DNA of 62,222 nucleotides, the filler included, from Asterionella formosa (Eukaryota), in assembly GCA_002256025.1 (NCBI GenBank). It is 17 parts of 17 records of this genome, joined end to end, with 100 filler letters (N's around TTAATTAATTAA, not from the genome) between each part and the next. Parts side by side here need not be neighbours in the genome. Positions count along the whole stretch, not along the records: positions 12,017 to 13,917 come from NKIB01000892.1; positions 14,018 to 15,918 come from NKIB01000893.1; positions 16,019 to 17,919 come from NKIB01000894.1; positions 18,020 to 19,919 come from NKIB01000895.1; positions 20,020 to 21,919 come from NKIB01000896.1; positions 22,020 to 23,919 come from NKIB01000897.1; positions 24,020 to 25,919 come from NKIB01000898.1; 10 more parts are not named here. One strand, written 5' to 3'. The notes beneath the pieces were generated by a model. That model had not been told where the DNA came from and did no database searches. It worked only from the letters and a program-made list of their open reading frames with translations. The position numbers and the translations under genes were made by a program. This document shows, one piece after another, positions 12,849 to 25,919 of this stretch (its first letter is position 1; the number at the start of each line of letters is the position of its first letter).

Positions 12849-13862
12849 GGCCGCTGCTAATAACCGGTTGACCCAAACCAAAACCCAAAAACTTATTTTT
12901 GGATTTGTTTTGGTTTTGGTCAACTGACGCAAAAACGATGCCATCGGTTTTTGGGACATCCTAAGAGCATCGCCATTGTCAACCACCCATCTACTGTGAC
13001 GTAGGATGACACAAAACCATTTAAAAAAAAAAAAATATTTCTATTAGACTACTTTTATAAATGAAATATTATGATTCCTATTTGGGAATTAGTTAGTTTT
13101 CCCCGCAATTTACCGGTAGTGCCGTAAATATATACCGTATACTCCGACCACACTTCTTCATGATGAAATACAACTGACAGCAGTTTCAGCAACCCAGACA
13201 GAATTGAATGCCACATACAAAAACAATGGTGTCTTGGTACAAACGAATTGGCGATGCGCCATTACTACCTGCAACTAATCATCTACTGCTTACTTACCAG
13301 ATATATTGATACAATGGGACATGGCGATGCACCAGTCCCAGTTGCCGAAGCTAAAAATACCGCCACCAGCAGCCTCAGTTGAAGAGGACAACGAGGATGA
13401 AGTCATGGTGACAGAAGAATGATTTATGTGTTCCGCATAATAAATCGACGTCGATTTGTTGTTGTTGTTGTTGTTGTTCTTGTTGTTCTTGCCAGTGTGG
13501 TATGGTACTACCCTGGTACCTGGTACCAGTACTGTATAGCTATTGTTGTATATAGATATGACAAACCGGTACCGGCATATGATGCATCCTATATGTAGTA
13601 GTGATTCTGCAATGATATTAATTGGGGTTCTAGTGACTACATTCAAAGTAGTCAATATGGAATCCTACTTTTAGGTAACTTTGGAAAAAAAACCTAAACG
13701 TAATGCATTTGGGTAACTTATTGGGATATGGGCACGGAATCCCCTAAACGTAATGCGTTTGTGTTGGGTTTTTCACTCCCGATAGCATCATTTTTAGGGT
13801 TACCGAAACCAAAACACTGTTTGGTTTGCGTTTTGGTCCACTGTTAGCAATGGCCTGAGGCC
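12849..13862. mobile_element. Non-autonomous Harbinger/Tourist-like element with nested termini
   Basis: TAA-GGCCGCTGCTAATA at 12846 versus TGTTAGCAATGGCC ending 13855 (imperfect TIR), then TGA-GGCC-TTA; internal TAA-GAGCATCGCCATTG at about 12962 is a second Tourist-like terminus. Confidence 0.55.
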
Positions 13863-14164
13863 TTAACTTATTTTTCCTGAAATGCAAAGATTGACTCAAA
13901 GGATCCTAACTGCTGTTNNNNNNNNNNNNNNNNNNNNNNNNNNNNNNNNNNNNNNNNNNNNTTAATTAATTAANNNNNNNNNNNNNNNNNNNNNNNNNNN
14001 NNNNNNNNNNNNNNNNNAGTTGGTATATCCAGACCGTACAAAAATCTGACAAACATAGCTAGTCATTAGTCTGGTTCCACGTTTTGATATGCAATCGATT
14101 ACTAATACTATAGAGCATATCTGAATTGTTACTATTTATATCACATTTTCGGAGCGATGATAAA

Positions 14165-14520
14165 TGATGTAGCAACCAAAATTTCAATCCATATTTCTCC
14201 ACCAATTTTTAGCCGATTTCTTTCTAGTAAAGTATTCGATGTACAAGAGATCAATGCCTTTATGTCAAATGTCGACATGCTCAGAACGAACGTATATTGA
14301 TCAAATTAGGCATCAGTATGTGTAAAAATTTCGGTGCTTGTGGACTGATGATCAGTGATGCAAGCACAAAAAGCACAAAAAATCCAATCCATATTTCGTC
14401 TCCAACAATTTGAAGCCGAATTATGTCTAGTAACCTAATCAATGTATTCAAGATCAATACCTTTATGTCAAATATCAATATGCTTAGAACAGACATATAT
14501 TGATCAAATTAGGCATCACT
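14165..14520. repeat. Diverged ~200-bp tandem duplication
   Basis: AATCCATATTTC..AGCCGA..CAAGA(GA)TCAAT..CTTTATGTCAAAT..ATTGATCAAATTAGGCATCA occurs twice. Confidence 0.65.
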
Positions 14521-15679
14521 TAATATTTGCAGTGCTTGCTTTGTCGTGTTCCATAATTTGGATAATCCAATTTTTCAAACAAAAATTTCCTTCCACAGTT
14601 ATCAATTTAGATGTAATGTAGCTGGTCTAAAAAGGAGATGGCCATTGTGGCACTTCTCATTTTCGACTTACCAAAGGATGTGCTAGCTAGTATGCTGCTG
14701 TGATAGATAGTACATTAGCAGCAATGTACCAGAACTCAAATCTATGATTCTCTACCAAATTGTATCCAGCTGCGAAATTGGAAAGGATTCGATGTGCATG
14801 AGATCAATTCCTATATTTTGTGTGTCGAGATGCAACAACTAGTACTATTTCTATCAAATTTTCAAATTCGATCGTTGACAGATCCTCATTCTTTGCTTCT
14901 TTTTCTATCATGTTCTTTCTAGAGTTATCATTGTAGACTATTTCTAGCCGCTCCGAAAAGGAGAAGGCAATCGATGCCCATCTCAATTTCGAGTTACTAC
15001 AGTGACATGCAAGTCTCAACAATGATCACTGAGTATCAACAATGTTTTTTTCTAATCTGTCTGGCAATTGAAAGCTCAACAAACAATCAGCAATGACAAA
15101 ACAATGTGCAATAATGTGTCGACTACTACAACTTCATCAGCTTAATTCTTCTGTGTGAATCTTCCTCTTGCAAGTGTCGTTCTTTGGCAGTTGGTATCAA
15201 AGAAATATGCTGGAGCGGGAAAATATCGCTCTTTTTTCGTTACATGGTGAAAGCAGCATAGTTTCACCATTTTACTACGGTCGCAATGGCTAGTTGGTCA
15301 ATATGTATTGTCGCAAACACACCTAATTATTGGTGTGATCACATTATTATTTGATGATTGAAATAATTTTTTAAACCTGAATAAATTACTGAAAAAGTAA
15401 CATGATAGTTTAGAAACGTAACAAAATATATCACTTTATGCATAAAAGTGTTGTAAACAGCGTCACTATCAGAGAAGGCGTGAGCAACCCTGGTTGACTC
15501 CCCCGGACACAGATCAGGCTGCTTCTGTCAGTGCCTCAACTGTTGCTAGCAAACATTAAATCCCACCTGGTCTCCCACCATCACTCCCACCTTTCATTAC
15601 AACTACAACTACAACGTCAACTCCGTCACCTGCCTCCTCCCAATAGGACAACGACATCAAAGGAGCAATCAGAAACCAA

Positions 15680-15918
15680 CTCTCGATACATTGGCAAAAC
15701 CAGGAACATTGAAGACCCAGACAATCATCATGGCTATTATTGCGCTGAAATAGACACTTGCGCCGATAACCTTGTGCTGGACAAGCTTTTCTACCTATCC
15801 ACAAGACAGGATGAGACGTTGATGTTAGCGGTTTCCACTCAACCCTTCTTGGCACAATTAAAGGCATCCCAATTGTATGTAAGCCACAGCCTTTGGCTCT
15901 CCTCAAGGAACCTATATC
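15680..15918 (+). pseudogene. Degenerate CoDi-type copia protease-region fragment
   Basis: AEIDTCADN resembles the (E)LDSHADT protease motif of diatom copia elements; frameshifted downstream. Confidence 0.5.
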
Positions 15919-16018
15919 NNNNNNNNNNNNNNNNNNNNNNNNNNNNNNNNNNNNNNNNNNNNTTAATTAATTAANNNNNNNNNNNNNNNNNNNNNNNNNN
16001 NNNNNNNNNNNNNNNNNN

Positions 16019-17919
16019 ATGAAATAGTTACGAAACTTCTAATCAAAGAAGTCGACAGAGGCTGGCAACTCCCACTCCCACCGGAAAATATCCGCCTACT
16101 ACCACACGCTGTTGTAGCGCCGATAGGTCTAGTGACGCAAGCCACAATCAACGCACACTGGGAAATAATAACCAAAGACCGGCTGACCCACGACCAATCA
16201 TTCGAGTTCTCCCCAGGGACTTCCGTCAACGCACGTGTCATATTTGACTCGCTGACACCATGTAGATACGGCACCGCACTGCGACAATTTATTCACTACA
16301 TAGTGGATCTAAGAAGAATCTATCCGGACACTCGAATTCTAATGACTAAATTAGATTTTAAAGCCGCGTATCGCCGCCTACATACATCGAGTCTCACAGC
16401 ATCACAGGCCATAGTCATTATCAATGATATAGCGCTTCTCGCTTTACGGATGACTTTCGGGGGGGCACCAAACCCAAGCATGTGGAGCGATGTCTCTGAA
16501 CTAGCATGCAACACGTGCAATTTGTTATCACGTTGCGACCGATGGAACTCGGAGTCCACGCCCACACTGGAATCCCCGCACCAACAAAAATACGTCACCA
16601 TGCCAAAGTACCTCAACAATAGGTCAACTTGTAAGCCAGCACAACCCATGAAGGTAGCGATCGACGCTGATCTAGCACCGTTTACTGAATGTTATCTAGA
16701 CGATCTATTTACGTGTTTCTTGGATAGTCCGACAGCTATATGGAAAGGTTCACGAATTACACTGCTTATGCTACATCTGTTGGGCAGACCTATAGCTGAC
16801 TCTGAACCCCTACAACGTGAAGATCTACTCGCGTTCGAAAAAATGACAGCAGAAGGCTCCCCAGAAGAATCCAAGATAATCTTAGGATGGGAGGTGAACA
16901 CACGCACCCTTCGACTACGCCTCCCCCACGATAAACTCACGTCCTGGAATGCAGAAATTGACCGCATACTACAGTTGCCCACGGTTGATTGTGAAGTATT
17001 AGCGACCACGATCGGTCGACTGAACCATGCCTCGTATGTGATCCCAACCGCTCGTGCCTTTCTATGCCATCTCCGACGTGCCGAACGGCGAGCAAGGGTC
17101 AGCGGAAAAAGAATTCCAATATCGGAATTACAAAAGGAAGAATTGCGGCAATGGCTCACCTTCTTATGTACCGAAAGCCAAGGAATCAGCCTAAACCGAC
17201 TAACACTACGTGTTCCCACCATTCTCCTGCGTGCCGACGCCTGCCAATTCGGAGGGTTCTCGCTCACATCGGGCCGAGCCTGGCGATTCGAAATTCCAAC
17301 AGAATGTCGGGGACATCTGTCGTTGAACCTACTGGAGTACCTTGCATCCATCACCACCATTGCAACTGAAGCCGCAGTCGGTAACATCAGACCCGACGAC
17401 TGCATTCTCTCCCAACTGGACAGCTGGACGGCGGATTATTGGCTTCACCGCGGTGGCGCACGGTTTCAAGGTCTAGAAAAATCGACCCATTTAGCAATCT
17501 CTCGCTGGCTCGCCGCAATCCTCGAGCAAACCCAGGCGTGTAGCTACAGCCAATGGATCCCAGGAGATGACAACGTGATAGCCGATGCCCTCTCTCGTGA
17601 TCATCATCTATCAAATGCACAACTAACACACCTCATCCATCACTCGGCCACCCACCAGATGCCCCCGAATTTCTCCATCTCGCCGCTCCCCACCGACATC
17701 GCCTCCAAGCTTACCTTATGGATGCAGATCGGGCGCGCTCCCAAGGACTTCAAGCTAACACCACAGCGAAGCTCAATCGCGTCTTCCGAATCTGGACCGA
17801 ATTCCTTGCGTCCATTGGATTTTGTGATGTCACCGATCCATTCCTCGCCAACCTCTCCCCAGAACAACGCATTCGACTCATCGGAGCGTTCGCGCATGCC
17901 GTCCGGCAGGCCGAGTTCA
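16019..17919 (+). mobile_element. DIRS/Ngaro-like tyrosine-recombinase retrotransposon: RT-RNase H ORF
   Basis: KDRLTHDQSF, KLDFKAAYRR, RMTFGG, YLDD, ILGW, IGRLNH, DAC, LNLLEYLA, WIPGDDNVIADALSR; frame open across the contig. Confidence 0.9.
17718..17919 (+). CDS. N-terminus of overlapping tyrosine recombinase ORF of the DIRS-like element (truncated)
   Basis: Different frame overlapping the RNase H tail: RSQGLQANT...WTEFL..IG...DPFL...LIGAFAHAVR. Layout typical of DIRS; catalytic residues lie beyond the contig. Confidence 0.65.
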
Positions 17920-18019
17920 NNNNNNNNNNNNNNNNNNNNNNNNNNNNNNNNNNNNNNNNNNNNTTAATTAATTAANNNNNNNNNNNNNNNNNNNNNNNNN
18001 NNNNNNNNNNNNNNNNNNN

Positions 18020-19919
18020 AACATAGTACCACCATAACCGTACATCGCAGCCTCTACAGAGCTGCGACAGAAAATAATAGGGAAAAACATAGTACCACCA
18101 TAACCGTAAGTGCTACTTAAAGGTGCTGACAAAAGATGTAGACGTACTACCTGGTACCGGTAGTAACTCGTCAGCCTGGTCCTACATATGGTGTTCTATT
18201 GGTTTTTAGTTTTACGATCATATGATCCTAAAACTATGATGATTTACTGTCCCACTGCAGTAGCAACAGTCCTGTACATATGGTGTTCTGTTGCTAGTTT
18301 ACTACTCCGACTACCCCCAGTATATCACTTACTACCTGCTACTGGTACTCTGTATATATATATGATATATTGTTATTGTCATACCGGTATGATGTACCGG
18401 TACACATGAAGAGCTCCCAACCAAAAAAGGGGCTTAAACAATTTGCTACCAAAACCCTTGCTGCAATTGAACGGTCTAAATAATTAGTTTCAACGGACGA
18501 AGAAAATATCGATGCAAACAAATTTCAGAGATAATAACGGTACACGTAGTCGTGGAAAACAATTGACATCTGGTGCATTGAGTATTTTCGAATTATGTAT
18601 ATGCGAGTATGATCATCCCAACCAGTGCCTTTGAATTTTATAAATGTATAACACTTAATATATATATATATATTTACAAATTTTATTAGTATATTCATGG
18701 CATATATAGTTTTCAAATCGTTCTGTCATGTTAACAAACAATGCCTGCTGCTTCATGAAAAGATACGTCGTAGTAAGGCACATTAAGAGAAAAGAAAATT
18801 TTCACAATACATAACGAAAAACATTGTGACTTCGACACATTGCGCCTTCGAAGGATGGAGAATGTTTAAGGTAATGAAGCCATCAATGTGGTAGCTACTT
18901 GGATGACAATCGTTGGGAGACAGGCAGCACAACAACAAATTGTTAACTAAACGCAGCCACATTTCCTTTTTTCTCAGTTGATTCAACAGCTCGTTTCGCT
19001 TGTTGGGGAGCACCAATGTAAAACAAAACAAAACCAAATTGCATAAGTGCTCTTGTCGCTCGTTGGACCTATGCACTTCTGTTGGAACAAAACTGACAAG
19101 ACGTTGACCTTCTCTCAAAGTTAAGATGACAAAAATGAACCGGTGAGTTTTATTCGACAACATTGGATATCCGAAACTTACTTATTCAAGAATTTGGCTT
19201 ACTGACAAGTTACTATTACAGACTTATGCATCCTCAGTTGCATTGATTTGTGGTAAGTGAAGCAAGAAGATACGATGGAATTGCGTGTCGTTGTTTCAAT
19301 GTAACATGACTACTTGCTAACAAATCATTCCTTCTCATTGTGTCTGTAACTGCATGGGACCATAAAACCAATCAAACAACGGAATAGTCGGCGAGTTCAG
19401 AGTGACACTAACAGCAGGGAAAGAGACGTAACATTAGTAGGCACTGCCTGACACATGATTCAGAATAGTGGAAGGAAAGGACGAGACAGGAACAATAAAC
19501 ATTGAGAAAACTCACACTGATCTTCCTCTACATTCAATTGACATTGCAGCAAACCCTTTCAATTCAGGAGCATTGGGATGAAATCCAAAAGAACTCTGCA
19601 ATACAGTTGAATGGTGAATGTGTTCTTGTTGTGTACCTAAATGCTAGTAGCTATGGCTTGTCAGCTCACGCATTGTTGTTGACAACAGGCAGGGACAATG
19701 AGGTCCGGAATGAACGTTGTTCTGGTAAGATTACTGCGCTATTTTGACGGCTATATGAGCAACGCTACTGATAACTCACACTGATCTTCCTTTACATTCA
19801 ATTGACATTGCAGCAAACCCTTTCAGTGCAGGAGCATTCGCATGCCGTTCCGAATGAGCAGGCTTTATTTCATTAATGAAACTCTTTAATTTAGTTGAAT
19901 GAACTCCAGAAAATTACGT
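18020..19919. repeat. Degenerate repeat-derived sequence with internal duplications, distantly related to 40400-41200
   Basis: Duplications at 18020/18086 (ACATAGTACCACCATAACCGTA) and 19510/19773 (AACTCACACTGATCTTCCT...); shares TTTGTGGTAAGTGAAG and CCGGTGAG/TCGGTAAG splice-like contexts with 40650-40880. Confidence 0.45.
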
Positions 19920-20889
19920 NNNNNNNNNNNNNNNNNNNNNNNNNNNNNNNNNNNNNNNNNNNNTTAATTAATTAANNNNNNNNNNNNNNNNNNNNNNNNN
20001 NNNNNNNNNNNNNNNNNNNTACTAGTGCCTACGAGGACAAAAAGAATTATAGCACGTTACTTTGTCTATGACAAGAAAATTATTGGGTGTTTGGTTCCAC
20101 CTCGAGAAAAATGTACAGGGGGGTCCAGCAACCATAGGGGGGGTCCAGGACAATGAAGTATACGGTAGTTAAAAAACCGAAGTTCCTTTCTGCAGTTTCT
20201 CGCCAGATCCTATATCCTGACGATATATAGCGTTGACCTATACCCCTACTTTGATAAATGACTGTATTTAAGCATGTGGAAAGGGTGTGTATTGGTGAAA
20301 GCTCCGTTTAGCGAAATAAATCTACGTTTTACTCGTAAGAAGTCTATGTTTGACTACTCTGACTTAATATATTTTTTTAAACCCTACCTCGAGCTAGGGG
20401 TTCGAATGCAGGAACCTTATTACGGTAATAGTTGCAGCCACACATGTGCATATCATCACACTTGGTGTGACAAAGAGGGCACATGTTCGCTTAATCAGGA
20501 TTCCATTTTAAAACATTAGCCAGTGATAGAGAGCTGCTGCAAACTAGTACCAGATACCGGTACAAGATACTGGTACTCATTGCCCGACAATCGTCCGGTA
20601 GAACGCAGTAAATGTGATAGTATTCAATAAATCACTACCAGGTACCAGGTAGAGGTACCTGGTACCGTACCGGTATGTAGCTTCATCGTGTTCGTCGTCA
20701 TGAACAACAGGCAGGCAGTGCGTTGGATCATTTTCTCAATACCTGGAGATTGTCCGGTGGCCGAGACAGAATCCTGATACCAGATACTTCGTCCGGTAGA
20801 ACTGATATGATGATTCATGTTCATCCTCTGCTGAGAAACACAGTTCTTTTTCGTAAAAGTAAGGTCATCGCCATCACAAGCTCGCACCT

Positions 20890-21919
20890 ATGAGCCTAGC
20901 AAATGTCTTCCGGGAGGAAGACGATAGCGGAGATAAAGTGGAAACTATTATGGACCAGATCGAGAACTGCTTGGCGCAGTCCCTGTTGATCTTCATGTTG
21001 GCGGATCTCCGATTGCTAAGTGCGACTGGAAGAATCTCGACAAAGTACGAGACGCTCTCCATTGACAGCGATCGAGTAACGAAGACGAGTGCAAATGAAA
21101 TCACAGGCCTATCCGATCCGACGACGAATGATAAAGTAGGAAGTAGCATATCACCGGCTCACATAATGACAGTTCTGTTCATCGAGATCATGAATGAAGT
21201 ACAGGTACACAAGGGGAAGATTAATATTCCTGCAGATGGATCTGGAAATTTTTTGCAGGAGGAAACAGATACATTTGAGGATCCTAATCGACTTCTATCA
21301 ATTGACACAGGATGCATGCAAAGAAATGCGAGGCTGAAGCAAGCTGAAGGTGATATGCACGATCTCGTCAGGGGGTACGCTAGAGGCTTGCGCCGAGATC
21401 TCAAGCAGGATCCGGCAGAAGTTGAAAAGGCCGCAATCGGTACACCCTACATGAAAATAAAGGAGCTTAAAGTGCACTTTCAAAAGCCTCAAATCAAGCG
21501 CATGAGAGCAAAGCGTCACTTGGAGACAATGCACGAATTTGTTGGGATTCTGAACTCTCTTCTGAAATCAGCTAGCTCACTTGGTGATGCTGTTAGAAGT
21601 GCATCGTTTCGATCCAGCGTTGCAGGGGTCATTGATGATGACGAGTCCATGGTGGATCTGCTGCGGCGGAGGATGGAGAAGGCCGTTGAATCCAGGAAAT
21701 TTGATCGACTTCACTTCATAAAAGATTTTTTCAATGAGGGTTCCATCTCGCATGTTATGGCTAAGTCTACCGCTCAACTTGTTTGGCTTCACGATTGGTT
21801 TCCTACGAAGGAGTGTACTTATGCTATCTCCGTAGATGTAATAAGAAAGAAAGTCCTAGTTGTCTTCCGAGGTGCGATTACCAGACAAGATTGGTCTCAC
21901 GCTTTTGATTCCAATTTGC
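20890..21919 (+). CDS. Probable class-3 lipase family protein, 3'-truncated
   Basis: Long ORF ending TYAISVDVIRKKVLVVFRGAITRQDW (Lipase_3 N-terminal motif); GHSLG not reached before contig end. Confidence 0.75.
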
Positions 21920-22044
21920 NNNNNNNNNNNNNNNNNNNNNNNNNNNNNNNNNNNNNNNNNNNNTTAATTAATTAANNNNNNNNNNNNNNNNNNNNNNNNN
22001 NNNNNNNNNNNNNNNNNNNAAGAGTAGCTACAACCAAATATAAT

Positions 22045-22758
22045 TTAACTCAAATTTTTGTCTGCACATCCTATTAAATCCTTCCTGAATTTTTCCAATG
22101 TGAGCCCACTTAAATCCATGTCCTTCATGTAAATGTTTGCTAGTCGAAGCTTCTTGCCTAACTCTGATGAATCAACAAGGAGTAATGCCAGTTCTTCTGT
22201 TGTGTCAAAAAAAAGGGGGTAGGAATTGCCAAGGTATTCTTCAGTACTGTCGATTCGCCGAATTAGCATGGGAATCTGAAGGCCAATGGCTTCTTCAAGG
22301 ATGGCATTGTTGGCAGTAGCAGCCCATAAATCAACAATTTTGATGTTCTGCTTAAGGAGTCTGGCATAATCTGAAAATGAATGGGAATATATAACTTCAA
22401 CTAAGGGATCAGATTCACATTTAGCGATACCAAGCTCTTTCTCAACCTTCCCTTTAAGAATATCGAATTCAGTGGTATTTAACTTGTACCCTGGGAGCCA
22501 AAGCTTCTTCCTACTCGTTTTCAATTGATGTATGGTAGCTAGTCTTCGATATTGTTGTCCCAAGAACAGGACACCTGCGCTTCGATTTTGAACTAACACC
22601 TCTAGATCAACATCTGACATAAATGGCTCAACACCTTCAGTCGTAATGGGGTGGTGAAGAGCACACACATGTATTTTAGGTACCTCAGGAAGTTATCTAT
22701 CCAAAAATTCTTGGACGTTTCAGGCAGCATTCTTACTGAAACACACTATTCCTTAACA
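22045..22758 (-). pseudogene. C-terminal fragment of a glycosyltransferase-like (GT-B) protein, truncated by a repeat insertion
   Basis: LHHP...FLGQQYRRL...VDLWAATANNAILE....PMLI..IDSTEEYLGNSYPLFF; two in-frame stops upstream of 22668. Confidence 0.55.
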
Positions 22759-22762
22759 AATT

Positions 22763-23919
22763 CCCGCTCCAGCTATCGTCTTGCCATTCGGGTACTTCTA
22801 AGTAATTTTTAGTCTCTAAGTAATTTCTTAAGTAATTTTTATTTAAGGGCAATATGGGGCACATCGAATTTTTCGGGAATAAAATTGCCGATTTTAGCAT
22901 GACAACCAAAATAACGGTAATATGCATGGAGATGGTACAACAAGTGTAAAACACACGAGAATGATTGTAACATGCAACATCAATGAAAATTGAACATGAT
23001 GTTTGGAGCAACCAAAGTATGAAATGCGATGTAATAAGTAGCATCAAATGAGAAATAGAAAAAATTGTTTTGGGTTAGAAATGAAATAAAAAAATAAGAG
23101 TTCCAATGGAGACGTATGCATTGTGAATCATTGTAGTACTTACACACGAGGCAACATTCACTTTCCATCACCACACAATCGAAGACCAAAATAAGAAGGG
23201 AAAAGCTGAACCCAATCTTGACCTACATCATTATGTAGCGTAAATGGTCTGGTTTCTGCAACCATGCGCATCGCTGTAGTAGCCTGACACCAGTAGCAGT
23301 ATTTCCGCCACAGTCATTCCTCTCCGCTGCCCACCAAACAAGCAACCCTGATCATTCCATTCTGAGCAACTGTGATCGCCACGCTGCTCCAGAACTATTG
23401 ACTCTCTCTAGCTGAGTATTCTTCATGTAGCTTCTGATACGAACTCGTAGTAGAAATGTAGCAAAGCGCGTTAGTACAAGAAAAGCATTGCTTGGCGGCA
23501 ATATTGACATCATTGTCAACGACTATACAAATCAACAAATACGATCAACAACGGCACAATACCACATCTTCAATGAGTAGTCATTGATAAATGCATTGGT
23601 TCTCATGTAGATATGTACAATCGAAACAAAACGACAGTGCGTAACGACAAACAACGATGGAAGCGATCAAAACAAACCACGGAAGCAATCAAATTGGAAA
23701 GTCGATAAATACGATCTACAATCCACATTCAGTATTTCACTGTTGTACTCACCGATCCGCTTCAACTAGCAATACAAGCAGCAGACTATGGGATAAAAGA
23801 AAGACGAACGTTGCCTATTGCAAGCCCGAATAGAGCAAAGGCAGGCAAGATAGAGTGAGAACTATATTTGTGAGGACGAAATCGGGCATACGGTACGTAA
23901 AATCAATGAATATGTGAAC
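22763..23919. mobile_element. Interspersed repeat (probable non-autonomous DNA transposon end), inverted copy of 34748-35907
   Basis: Over 1.1 kb of colinear similarity; both copies end at AATT|CCCGCTCC and diverge beyond it. Confidence 0.8.
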
Positions 23920-24019
23920 NNNNNNNNNNNNNNNNNNNNNNNNNNNNNNNNNNNNNNNNNNNNTTAATTAATTAANNNNNNNNNNNNNNNNNNNNNNNNN
24001 NNNNNNNNNNNNNNNNNNN

Positions 24020-25919
24020 ACCGGGATAGTTTCGCAAAGAGCGCCTCGTGGGGCACCGTATCATATGCCTTCTTGAGGTCTACGAATACCACGTAGGTCG
24101 GCTCTCCCACTATCCTCCGGCGTTGTATGATTTCCATGACACAGGCTACCTGGGTTACACATTCCTCTCTCTGGCGAAAGCCAGCCTGGGCTCGGCTAAA
24201 CAGCCCTCGAGATTCCGCTTCCACATTTATCCTGGTACCAAGGATCACACACACCACCTTGAGGACAGTGGCCATGAGCGAAATCCCCCGATAGTTGTTC
24301 ATATCAGCCAAGTCCCCTATCTTAGGTATTGAGACGACTAGTGACTCAGCCCACGACTGGGCCACCAGTCCCCTCTCATACGCAAAGTTGAGTAGGGTTC
24401 CTAGTGAGTCCGTCATTGGAGTGGATGGTGGCGGGGTGGGCTCCTCTTCCCGATAGTTTTGAAGGTGGGAAAGTAGGGCCCGTTCCTCCGCCAAACATGC
24501 CTGTAGCAGTTCAGTGGGTATCCCGTCACCGCCCGGAGCACGATGGCTCTTCATCTTCCTTAGGGCAGTCCAAATATCGGAGGTTGTGAAGGGTTCGTCC
24601 AGCGAACGGATCTCCTCCTTTGCCTGTGGGTGCGGGTCAAATTTCTCCCAATATTGGGCCTCCTGGCTATGACCGGTTTCATCTGCTGCTAGAGAGGCAT
24701 AGTGCGCTCCCCAGGCCTGATGAATATCAGTCAAAGCTGTCAGCAGGCGTCCATCCGGGTCAAGGACCGGTTGGACCCCTGCGATGCTGCTCTTCTGGCG
24801 CCATCCTGCAGTTGCTGAGGCCCACCGCCAATAATGGCGAGGTTTCTCGCGCATATTGACATGAGCCTCCCTAATTGCCTTATACCATGCCCGCCTACCC
24901 GAGAGGCGGATCACCTTCCGCGCCCTCTCTTTGGCAGCCTTGTACATGTCCCCAAGCCGTGCTACATCTTCACGGTCTCCTCGCGACTCCGCCCTCCGGG
25001 TTTCCCGGAAGATCCTCCTTCGGGTCTCAATCGCCCGACGTACCTGTCCTGTCACTCTTGGTGGGTTTAGTCCCGCCACCCGTTGGTGGAGGTTCAGGTC
25101 CTCTGCCACCTGGTGACATGTTGTAGTGAACTTCTTGGCCATACCATCCAACCTTTCCTGGTGGTAACTGGTGGGGTTTTCAAGTGAATTTGAACACTCG
25201 ATTACATCCTCCAGGTCTTCATCCAGCGAGTCAGCTAGTGGCTGCCAATAGTTACTATTAGCCACGGTTACTTTGAGTTCCTTCTCCTCCATCACAATCC
25301 GCCGGTACAGTGATTCCGGCCGTGGTGGGGCAATCCCCATCTCTGGGATTCTGGTAAGCCCAGGTAGGTCCGCAACAACTGGGAAGTGGTCCGAAATATC
25401 CCATGTGTCGAGGACCCTGGCAGGGGGGACAGCCGCCACTGTGTCACCACAATATGTGATGAAATCAATGGCAGGTGTTGGCTGTCCCTCCCGCCGGCTT
25501 TGGCGAGTGGAGGCCCCCCCTCGGATGGGTAACACCCGAAAGGGAAGCCGCCACGGTCCCATCAGAATCTGCAACTCCGTCATCTTCATGTTGAAGTCTC
25601 CCATCATCACAATGGGATCTTCTGGAAACTCCCGATGCAGAGCGTCCAAGGCTCGGGGCAGGGCCCTGAGCACTCGGATGCGATCCGCTCTGCATGGGAC
25701 ATAAATTGTTCCCACAAGAATAGGCCTCAAGAGCGTGGCCCCATAGACTCTCGCAAAAGTCCAAAATGGTGTGGCCTTACCAACTGGGGTACAGTTGAAT
25801 TTGGTCGACACCAGTATTGCCACACCTCGCTGCGACGCTGTCAGGTCCCCCATTGCTGTGAGGCAATGGTAACCTGGCAAACGAAGCTGCCAATCCGTTG
25901 ATCGGAGCAGCGTCTCCTG
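24020..25919 (-). mobile_element. Non-LTR retrotransposon (LINE) ORF2: APE endonuclease plus RT, truncated at both ends
   Basis: RGVAILV, IYVP, MGDFN, IDFI, SDHFPV; RAPGGDG, NYRGISL, QAGFR, FVDLKKAYDTVPH. Confidence 0.93.

Noticed and set aside
13455..13492. (TTG)n microsatellite and poly-Asn ORF 13290-13655
   Set aside because: Simple repeat inside a transposon remnant; the ORF is not credible.
16320..17405. Long antisense ORFs opposite the DIRS RT (also opposite PCCA, the LINE and copia pol)
   Set aside because: Shadow ORFs with no recognisable motifs.
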